From positions 1 through 64,000 of the forward strand of contig MU053454.1 in NCBI GenBank assembly GCA_013239625.1: DNA of 64,000 nucleotides, given 5' to 3'. Origin of the DNA: Lama guanicoe (Eukaryota). This document shows positions 53,172 to 64,000 of this stretch, one piece after another. The first letter of the stretch is position 1. The number at the start of each line of letters is the position of its first letter. A program made the position numbers and the translations under genes. The notes under the pieces were generated by a model that was given only the letters and a program-made list of their open reading frames with translations, was not told the DNA's origin and made no database searches.

Positions 53172-55750
53172 CTTTTTTTTTTTTTTTAATTTTTTTATTG
53201 AGTTACAGTCATTTTACAATGTTGTGTCCAGAGTAGAGCACAATTTTTCAATTATACATGAACATACGTATATTCACTGTCACACTCTTTTTCACTGTGA
53301 GCTACCACCAGATCTTGTCTATATTTCCCCGTGGTATACAGTATAATCTTGTTTATCTATTCTACATATTCCTGTCAATATTCACAAATTTTGAACTCCC
53401 AGTAAGTCCCTTCCCAGCTTTCCTCCCCCATAGCAACCAGAAGTTTGTATTCTATGTCTATGAGTCAGTTTCTATTTTGTATTTCTGTTCACTTTTTTTT
53501 TCTTTTTTTTTTTTTTAAGATTCCACATGAGTGATCTCATATGGTATTATTCTGGCTCACTTCCCTTTCTAGCTATTTGATTTACAATGACATTCTCCAA
53601 GGACATCCATGTTCCTGCAAATGGCATTATGTTGTCTTTTTTATGGCTGAATAGTATTCCATTGTATAAATATACCAGCTCTTCTATACCCAGTCATCTG
53701 TCGATGGACATTAAGGCTGTTTCCATGTCTTGGCAATTGTATATAGTGCTGCTAGGAACACTGGGGTGCAGGTGTTTTTTTGAAGCAGGGTTCCTTCTGG
53801 TTATACACCCAGGAGCGGGATTCCTGGGTCATATGGTTAAGTGTATTTCCAGTCTTTTGAGGAATCTCCATACTGTTTTCCACAGTGGCTGCACCAAACT
53901 ACATTTCCACCAGCAGTGTAGGAGGGTTCCCTTTTCTCTACAGCCTCTCTAGCATTTGCCATTTGTGGACTTTTGAATGATGGCCATTGTGACTGGTGTG
54001 AGGTGATACCTCACTGCAATTTGGATATGCATTTCTCTGATAATTAGTGATACTGAGCATGTTTTCATGTCCCTATTAATCATTTGTATTTCTTCCTTGG
54101 ATAATTGCTTGTTTAGGTCTTCTGCCAATTTTTAGATTGGGTTGTTTGGTTTTTTTCTTATTAAGTCATATGAGCTGCTTTTATATTCTAGAGATCAAGC
54201 CTTTATCAGTTTCATGTTTTGCAAAAATTTTCTCCCATTTTGTAGGTTGTTTTTAAGTTTTGCTTATGGTTTCTTTTGCTGTGCAAAAGCTTTTAAGTTT
54301 ATTTAGGTCCCACTTGTTTATTCTTGCTTTTATTTCGATTGCTTGGGTAGACTGCCCTAGGAGAACATTTTTGAGATGTATGTGAGATAATGTTTTGCCT
54401 ATATTTTTTTCTAGGAGGTTTAATGTATCTTGTCTTATGTTTAGGTCTTTGATCCATTTTGAGTTTATTTTTGTGTATGGTGTAAGGGAGCATTCTAGCT
54501 TCACTGCTTTAAATGCTGCTATCCAGCTTTCCAAACACCATTTGCTGAAAAGACTATGTTTATTCCACTGTATATTCTTGCCTCCTTTGTTGAAGATTAG
54601 TTGACCAGAAGTTTGTGGGTTCATTTCTAGGCACTGTATTCTGTTCCATTGGTCCATATGTCAGCTTTCTGTACCAATACCATGCTGTTTTGATTACTGC
54701 AGCTCTATAGTATTGTCTGAAGTCTGGGAGAGTTCTTTCTTTTAGTTCAATAATGCTTTGGCAATTCTAGGTCTTTTGTGGTTCCACATAAATTTTATTA
54801 TGATTTCTTCTAGTTCTGTGAAATATGTCCTGGGTAATTTGATAGGGACTGCATTACATCTGTAGATTGCCTTGGGCAGTATGACCATTTTAACAATATT
54901 GATTCTTCCAATCCAGAAGCATGGGGTATCTTTCTGTTTTTTTAAGTCTTCTTTAATTTCCTTCATCAATGTTTTATAACTCTCTGTGTATAAATCTTTC
55001 ACCTCCTTGGTTAGATTTATTCCTAGGTATTTTATTACTTTGGGTGCTATTTTAAAGGAGATTGTTTCTTTACTTTCTTTTTCTGTTGATTCATCATTAG
55101 TTTAAAGAAATGCAGCTGATTTTTGTACATTAATCTTGTAACCTACTACCTTGCTGAATTCTTCAATTAGTTCTAGTAGTGTTTATGTGGACCTTTAAGG
55201 GTTTTTCTTTTTAATATAGTAATATGTCATCAGCATATAGTGACACTTTTACCTCTTCTTTTTCAATTTGGATCCCTTTTATTTCTCTCTCTTGCCTGAT
55301 TGCTGTGGCTAGGACTTCCAAGTCTATGTTGTATAGGAGTGGTGATAGTGGGCAGTCTTGTCCTGCCCTAGGTTTTAGTGGGGAGTTTTTGAGTTTTTCA
55401 TTGTTGAGTACTATGCTGGTTGTAGGTTTGTCATATATAGCTTTTATTATGTTGAGATATGTTCCCTCTGTACCCACTTTGGTGAGAGTTTTTTATCATA
55501 AATGGGTGTTGAATTTTATCAAATGCTTTTTCTGCATCTATTGAGATGCTCATGTGGTTTCTATCCTTTTTCTTCTTGATGTGATGTATTAACATTGACT
55601 GATTTGTGTATGTTGAATCATCTGTGTCCCTGGGATGAACCCCACTTGATCATGATGTATAATCTTTTTTATGTGCTGTTGGATTCTATTTGTTAATATT
55701 TTGGTAAAGATTTTTGCATCGATGTTCATCAGTGATATTCATCTGTAATT
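53172..55750 (-). mobile_element. Young 5'-truncated LINE-1, ~2.6 kb (RT domain to polyA), ORF2 disrupted
   Basis: ORFs 55211-55477 ([13 protein letters not shown]...[12 protein letters not shown] motifs), 54742-55002 and 54253-54657 are consecutive ORF2p pieces. 3' UTR and poly-T at 53172. Confidence 0.96.
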
Positions 55751-58748
55751 TCTAGAAGTGCTGACATTTTTGGGATGGAGATCTCATTAAGAAAACAAAT
55801 GCTGTTTTCAGTAACTACACATCTAAGCAAAAGAATCCTGCTATTACAACCAGAACAATCACATATAAGGGAGAAACCTGCTGATAAAAGCTGAAAATTA
55901 CCTCTAAGTGATGACAGATGTCTTTATATTTTTACCTCTATCTTTTCTCTAAATTTATGCATAATTTATTTAAAGTAGAATGCAAGTGCTACAAAATATC
56001 TAAAAAACATAGTAGTCTGATTATAGCTTAACTTATACTAATAAACTATATTAACAATGTTAATTTTATTATAAACACATTAATTCTCTGATTCCTACTT
56101 GAAACAGCTGTATAATAGTGGTGAAAATAAGATCTCACACTTGTATAATAATACTTCACAATATACAAGGCCTCACATATACATTATCTTTTTTTTATCC
56201 TCCAAACAAGTATGTAAGGCAAGTATCAACTTCATCTTAGAGTAGCTATAAATTTAGGACCACTCAATTATTTTGTAAATAGCCCATGGTTTCTCTCATT
56301 TAAGTGACAAAGTCTCAGTACTAGTGATTTTTCCATTGTGCTTACAATGTATTTTGTTAATATTTTAATTGAACAGATGGCAATGGAAACTCAGTGGACA
56401 TAAAATACTCAGAATTTTTTAAAGTAGTAACATATAACTATTAAATTATTGTATTTTACACAAATTTTATTGTTGGAACATTAGACTTAACAGCCCAGGA
56501 CTATTCCATATTGTTATAGATGCAATATTTTGTTATTTAAGGAATTGGACTAAAAGTTTCTGAATATTTTGGCTGCTTCTCTTGCTCTTTTGGAATGAAA
56601 CTCTTCCAGATTAACCAAAAATAAATACAGGACACACTTAACTTTAGGAGTGAGCAAGTGTAATCTTTCTCCAAAAATAAAAAATTGAGTATCTGAAAGT
56701 ATTATTAATGCCTACCACAAACTCTTTAGGAATTTTAAGCAAATTTATGCATTAAACATAAGCATCTAAATTTTCTCTTCAAGTATCTTCAAACTTTTAT
56801 TTAAAACAGATGGAGGTAAACTCATTAGGTAAATACATTCAGTATCATGCAATAAAATTAGTTTTCTTATCTTTGCAGACATTTGTTTTTATTATGGTGT
56901 ATGTGCCCCCCAAAACAGCTTTGAATAAAATACTTACATTCATAACACTATAAGTACAACCCTCTACTTAAAAAATGTGATTTTTAACAAGCTGTGGGTC
57001 TTCTTGTAAAATCTTCTTCCATAAAAGCTAAGTTGTAAATAATGAAACATTGCCTTTTTTAACTCCAAAATATAGTTTAACTATAATAATTATTGTATAG
57101 TTTAACTGTTAGAAGCAGAGAATCAGGTGGCACTGAAAGTAACAGGAATAAAGATGGTGTGCCCCATGGGGCCACATTAAGAACATATAGTGGACATGGT
57201 ATCAATTTTAAGAGAAAAATCATCTGAATGGAGAAAATTCACACTAAGGTATAAATGACTGACATTATCTCAGCCTGTAAGATTTACTTGCATTCTTACA
57301 GGAAGATTCCTTTTAATATAAATATAGTATTAGTTAGTTGGATTTTCTCCCAAATAATTTTTAATTTTTCAAGTTTTAACTTTTAAGGTAATTTGAGAGG
57401 AAAGATATATTGGGGGGTTATGAGTTAGAAACAAGAAAGTATGTTTCTTCCTACAAGTAAAATTTTGACATCAACTGTCTTTGGCTCTTCTAAATTTCAG
57501 GGTTTCCCTTTTCTTTGCTTTGACAACACAGTTATCTTAAGACCACTGATCTTTTCCACAATTCTCAGCATAGTAATAACTCATTTTGAAACAGGTGAGA
57601 TCAGGTAGAAAAATATTTCTAAGTATAATTGCTTGTAAGTTACTCAGTTTGTATGTTGGAGCTAGGTCTCAGTGAAATGGTCAATTGTCATTCAATATTT
57701 AAAGATTCATATAACTCCACTGAACAGGAGTTTGTGCCTCTGCTAATGAAGAAAATATGACCAATCTACTTTACAGGAAAAGACTACATTAAATGTATTT
57801 ATCATTTTTTGGAAATGTGTCCAGAATTCACATAAATAGTCTTTGTGCAATATAAGGAACATTTATTTCTGTGACAACTGAGTGATTTGAATGTTAACTA
57901 GAAAATAAAGCAAAAAGCATGACTCTTCTAAGAAATACCTTCAGGAAGCTCAGTGGTTCACAACTAATTAGCACTGTTTGATTTAGAAAAGGTCAAGGGA
58001 TCCCCCAATTTGATATAAGCATTTTCATGAAGATCTACTAGAAAAATTTACGTGAAATTACTGGAGAGGTCTTCAAGGCTGTAGAATTATTTTGGCCAAA
58101 ATATTTCTTTTTTGACATAAATATTTCCAATGGTAATCTCTTTTTAAAAATAAACACCACTGATTCTTTAAACTGAATGTCTCTTTATCCTGTAACATTT
58201 CTGCTTATGTATTTTGTGGGGGATTTGGAATTTTTTTTTTTTGAAAAATATCATGAGATTAAATTAATTAATATGGGCTTATTCAACCCAGAAAAATTCT
58301 CACTGAGATGTGTAGTTGTTACATAGCACTAAAATTAGGTGACATTCAAATACAATAACAAGAATTGTTTTAGTTATTTGACGCTACAGTGATAATAAAA
58401 TATTAAAAATAACGTACATCTCTTAACTGATTACAATGAAGTTAAACCATTGTGATTGAAGCTTTAATCTCTTCGTAATTGCCATGAACTAAAGCCAAGA
58501 GGTTGGCTGTAAGGTATTGTCAATGTAAACAATCAATTGTTGTTTTATAGTATCAATATGTTCTATAAAAATGCAAATTAACTTTTTTTTGATGATTAAA
58601 CAACTAATCTACTGAGGAGTTTTTTCATCTTTAACTTTTGTTACTATTGTTTGGGTTCAGATAATATGTTAGTGCAGGCTCTTGGCATAACTCCAAAAGA
58701 AGCAAGCCAATATGCCATTTAAATCTAAATTATAGAAAATGTCTTTAA

Positions 58749-59275
58749 AATTATGCAAATCTTTCATTCCTTATGAATTTTTATTAACAGAATTCTCAAA
58801 ATTTTTTCATATCTAGCATCATCTTTGAGTAGGAATGTGGTCACAATCAGCAATACTATTATTCTTACACTATATTTGTGTTTGTGTATGTGTGCACGTC
58901 TTTGTAGCCTGGGCATAATAGGAAGAATGTATCAAGGGATCCCCCACGTTAAGTTTTGTATAACAATTTTGCAATGGTATAAATGATGAGACTTGTACTG
59001 GTGACTAATATATATTAATTATGCAAATCTTTCATTCCTTATGAATTTTTATTAACAGAATTCTCAAAATTTTTTCATATCTAGCATCATCTTTGAGTAG
59101 GAATGTGGTCACAATCAGCAATACTATTATTCTTACACTATATTTGTGTTTGTGTATGTGTGCACGTCTTTGTAGCCTGGGCATAATAGGAAGAATGTAT
59201 CAATATGTAGGAAAACATTAAGTTTTGCAATGGTATAAATGATGAGACTTGTACTGGTGACTAATATATATTAAT
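58749..59275. repeat. Near-perfect tandem duplication (271 bp + 259 bp)
   Basis: 58749-58935 equals 59017-59203 (187 bp) and 58972-59019 equals 59228-59275 (48 bp); differences are confined to one short patch. Confidence 0.97.
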
Positions 59276-60019
59276 CATGTTACATCAACTATTGGTGTAT
59301 GTAACAATATTAAAGCCATTCTAAGTTTGTAAATAGGTACTATTGAATATTTTCTGATACTAAAACTTCTGATAAGATATTTATCTTCTCCAAACTGTGC
59401 CTGAAGAAAAAGAAGCTCATCAAATGACTCTATCAATCTTAGCTTAGGAAATCAGTACCTCCAAAAAACATTCTGGGTATCTTGTGTCAGTGACTAAAAA
59501 TGATTTAAGGAAAATCTCTGATCCACAAGAATTTTTTGGAACCTCAATGTGTGAATTAGCCGATCAAAACACTAAGACCACTAGAGCTGGGAGGGGGGAA
59601 GGAAAAGCCAATTTATTGCTTGTCAGGCAAGGCAATGCTGCATCACCCAAAAGAGTTAGGTGAAACTCTCAGAATTACAAGTGAAAGGGCTTAACATAGC
59701 TTTCAAGAGAGGAAGTTTAGGGAAAGGACTGTAAATTCATCTTTGGGACTGGACATTTTACTGCTTTGTGCCACAAAAGTGCTTAGTTCTCACCGGGTCT
59801 GGAATGGGGTATTTAATACTCATGGTCACATAGGAGGCACAGTCTTAAAAGCAGGCCTGAAGACAGAAGGAATTTTTTCTAATAGACTTCTCCTTTTTTA
59901 TGCAAATATAATTCCATACTCAAGGAAAAGGAGGCTGAAAATAAAAGAAGACCTGCAAGTGATTTTATTTTTTGTAACATGCATGAAGAAGAGTGCATAA
60001 AGCATGAGTCTGCACTGCT

Positions 60020-60400
60020 TGGGAAATTTTTGTGAAGTAGATGGCTTCATGTAACATCCTCTGAATCAACAAATAGAATATCTATCAACACCTTAAAATC
60101 TATCCTTATGTCACTCCACATCTGTAACACCTAAAGATAACTACTATTATGAATTCTATCATATTAGACAAATTTTGCCTATTATTAAGCTTCATATAAG
60201 CAGAATTATAAAATATGTACTCTTTTGTATCAGGTTTGTTTTGCTCAAAAATGTCTCTAAGTCTTTTCCATGTTGTTGCATATAGCCATAGTTAATTCTT
60301 TCGCATTGCTGTTTAGTTTTTTTTTTGTATAAAATCATCACAATCACTTTATCCATCTTTGCCTATCCACAAGGACATAAAAATAATTTCCAGATTTTCT
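60020..60400 (-). mobile_element. Very old L1 3' fragment
   Basis: gataactactattatgaattcta, ttttgcctattattaagcttcatataagcagaattata, ccatgttgttgcatatagc. Confidence 0.65.
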
Positions 60401-62479
60401 TCTAAAATACATACTATTTTATGTTTTATGATTTGCATAAAATTGATATTTTTATATATTGGAGGGCCAATATCCACTTCTGTAAGCAAAATTCTACCAT
60501 GGTTTCTCTATAAAATTTTTACAAAGTTAGGGAGACAATAAATAATTTCACAGCCCATAACATATTAATTGCATTAATAGTTCTACAATTTTGTTGTTTG
60601 GTAACTGGTCATAACTTTTATTGCCGTAACTTATCAGAGGACAGAATTGGAAACACTGGGAATCCTTGTGTCCTCTGGTCCTCCTACCTTGAGTGGTCAA
60701 CCAGAAATCACACACTGCAGAAAGTTAACTGGTACATAATGGTACCCAACATACAGGAAAAAAATAAGTACTACAAAACTCGAAACAAGGAGCAGTCTCC
60801 TTGAGTACTGAGAATTCTAATGTTGGAAAATAAGGGTCTAGAAAAGAAATTTAGAAATTTTTGAGGTGTCGACAGCCATGTTGTGAACAAAAATGAATTA
60901 AAAGCTGACAAAGGCAACAGTGCTAAAGTTGTATATTGGACTGTCACTTTGTATTTATTCATTTCTGTGACAAATTTATGAAAATATCTTTTTCTTTTCC
61001 TTCCCTTTAGTAGATAAGTAGAGGACATTTCAAAAAAGCTAATTTTGGAAGAACACAGCAGTGAGGAAGCCAAATTTTTCAATTAACTAAAAACATTAAT
61101 AGGAATATATCCTTGATCACACATACATTATACCTCCTGAAATGTTATAAACTGAAATAATTTTATGGAGGCCCCTCTGAGATTTAGAAATCTGCAAGTG
61201 AATTTATTATTCCATGACTAAAAGAAGACAATATTCTCAACAACAAAAGAATATTCCAAACAAAAGACTGTAAAAATTTGTACGTGTGTATATATATGTA
61301 TAAATTCATTATTTAAGTTCTCTATTTATATAGTTATTTGTTACATATTCTATAAATCACAACATTAACTGTATATTTGACCATTACTTTTTATCTTTCC
61401 AAGTGTAAGAAGACTTGATCCTAAGATATTTTAATTCTGGATTATTCAACGTTAAAGTACCCAGAACTATGTTAGACAGTTCTCAAACAACGGTAAAAGA
61501 AATAGATTTATTTCTGACCTCATGCAGAATACTGCTTAGGGACTATAAGCCTAAGAAAAACTGTTCAAGATTGAGGAAAGAGGGTTTATATCCATATTGA
61601 GTTAGTACAAAATTTTAAGTGTTTAGTGATTTAAATAAACTGCTACACCAACTTGGATGTTATTTTTCTTTTTAGAAAACTAAACTCTGTTAGAAATCAT
61701 GGTAAAAACTGGTGATGACATACTATGAAAAACCATCAATAAAATAATGCCACTAAAAACTAAGAAAATTCTAATGTTCACACAAACCCCCCATCAACTC
61801 CACACCTGAAAGGATTACAGGAAGAAGTTTTACAGATGTTGGTGATTTTAAGTTCTTATGTAGTTAGTTACATCGTCCTCATTTTTCCTGAGGGAGTTTT
61901 AGTTTCTCTGACCATATTTCATCAGGTAATGAAGTCAGTTTTTGTGCTTCAGAGATATTAAGTCCATGGGAACACAGAAATAACCCTGGATTGAGTCCTG
62001 CCCAAAACGTTTTATTCCAGATGGCCAAACTGAGAGTTTTTTCTATCATCATCGAAGAATAATCTTATAACTCCAAAAAACACTCTACCATCATGCTGGA
62101 ATGTTATCCATGCCCTGATTTCATTGAAATAATATTCTTTTTTGGCCCATCCATTTTGTTACTTCCATTAGTTCTATTTTAGCACTCACTGCATTGTTTC
62201 AAAATAGCAATAAACTTGATTCTCTCTCCACTCTACACATTCACGGAAGCAAAGATCACTTAGTTTTATTTTTTTACTTCTGTATTCTAAATGCTATCCA
62301 ATTTTTGAAAATTGAGTATGTTTTGGATCAGTAAGTTTCTAATTAATGAATAAATGGAAATTTTTCTAAAATACTTAAATATGCTGGTTATCTAAAATCC
62401 AGAGAGATATAATCCTTGCTTAAGGAAATTAAAATTTACAAGAAACAAGGGAGATACAGGACTCATTTCAAACAAGCTC

Positions 62480-63450
62480 TGACATAAAAAGATTAAATAA
62501 CTGAACAGAAAAATTGGAGCAAAAATAAATAAACATGCAATTCCCATGAAAACCACATTTAATAATGACACATCACATGTTTATAATGTGTTTATTATAT
62601 CATAAAATTATTAGAAATTATTTACAATGTTACCCTGTTTATTCCTCACAATAACAAGAAGTAAATAGTATCACTATCATTCCACTTCATGTAGGAGAAA
62701 AGTCAGGTGCAGGAAAGTTACTAGGATATGGTCATGCTGCTATTTTATGGTGGAGTTGAGATTCAATCTAGCTTCAATGCCTGAACACTGAACCATCATT
62801 CAACATTTTTCTAAAAACAATGAATACAAGAAAAGGTGGACCACCCTTCCACAATTAAAAATGTGAAGTAAACAAAAATGGGTACCACATTTCAACTCAA
62901 ACTAACAGAGTTGCAACAGCTGATAGACACTGCACAAAATGTAACCAGGAGTGTAAACAGTAGGGCAATTTGGCAAGACCAATCCAATGCACTATGTGTG
63001 CAAAGAGACATATACCAAGGAGTTCAAGACAGAACTGTTTATAGAAGGAAAAAAACTGGAAATCAACCTAAAAGGAAAGAGACCTAGTTATATACATACT
63101 AGTATATCCAAACAAAGAAATAATATGCAGCTGTTAAAAATACCAACAGAATGGTGTCTATACTGACACACAGAAAAGCCCTTGATATAATTTCAACTAA
63201 AACAAGGACCCAGCAAATTGCTGAAGAGTATGTTTTAAAATATTATCTTAGAGGTAAATGTTAATATATTAAATATGTCTAGAAAATCTCTGGAAAGATA
63301 CACTTTAAAATATTAATAGTGGTTATGTCCATATAATTGTTTGGTATGCTGAGGAAAGATGGATTTGGCACAGTTTCGCTTTTGAAACGTACCTTTCTAT
63401 TCTGAATTTATTTTAATGTGTGCATCACTTTAATATTAAAAAAAATCAAT
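62480..63450 (+). mobile_element. Very old L1ME-like fragments with an antisense MIR at ~62600-62800
   Basis: aaaactggaaatcaacctaaa, aaataatatgcagctgttaaaaa, tctggaaagatacac...aatagtggtta; MIR-like attcctcacaataac...ttccacttcatgtaggagaaaagtcagg. Confidence 0.6.
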
Positions 63451-64000
63451 CATGAAATAACATAAACCTCTTACCTTCTTTTGTAAATAATAAAGTAATA
63501 CACATAGTGATCAGCATCCACTGCCCAAAATAAACATAGCAGCATCCTCACTTGCAAGTATTATCCAGATCCACGAAGCCCATCTCCACCAGAGCACGTA
63601 TACTCAGAAAATTGAGTCTGGTAACCAGTTACTATATTGGTCCCACTTAGCTTTTGTGACAGAATCTCACCTGGCAAACAAACTCTTGTGTTATCAGTCT
63701 TACAAACAGCTCCTCAGGGCTTTTCTTCTTGTTAGTTGGCATGGCAATTTGATAAAACCACAGTATAATAAAAGTTTCTGAAACTGCTATTAGCTTCCAG
63801 GGTGTGGGAGCTCAGGTGGCATTTTCTTTCCTTGACTCCTGGTTCTGCACATTAACGCTGTTATCTAGCTTCCCTGGAGGACCATTATAGACCTACTATC
63901 TCTTTCTTATGAACTTAAATTGACTGACCACATGCCATCAGACTCTCAACCCATAATACCATATTTCCCCATTCATTTCAGTATAATTTAGTGCCCACAA

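Noticed and set aside
1..64000. Listed ORFs as host genes, or any prokaryotic system (CRISPR, operon, defence island)
   Set aside because: ORFs are short and low-complexity, or are L1 ORF2 fragments and their antisense. No repeat-spacer array or gene-dense structure; the DNA is mammalian.

Overview
Mammalian, AT-rich, CpG-depleted non-coding DNA, not prokaryotic. It is most likely a camelid: there is a Vic-1-type tRNA-derived SINE and several young copies of one LINE-1 family, and I saw no Alu, B1/B2, Bov-A/BovB or PRE-1. There is one 177-nt assembly gap. No host protein-coding exon is supported; every ORF I recognise is a decayed LINE-1 ORF2 fragment or its antisense. The window is a mosaic of L1 (two with twin-priming 5' inversions, one a four-layer nest), L2, MIR, ERV/MaLR LTRs, DNA-transposon MITEs and microsatellites. 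The best non-repeat signals are an 83-nt minus-strand exon with strong splice sites (48977-49059), a promoter/first-exon-like segment near 8 kb, an enhancer-like block near 18 kb, and a near-perfect ~265-bp tandem duplication with a templated patch (58749-59275). Together these suggest the 5'-UTR intron region of a large minus-strand gene; I cannot name it with confidence. I found no evidence for a new biological system. Repeat family names come from recalled consensus motifs, and boundaries without TSDs are approximate.
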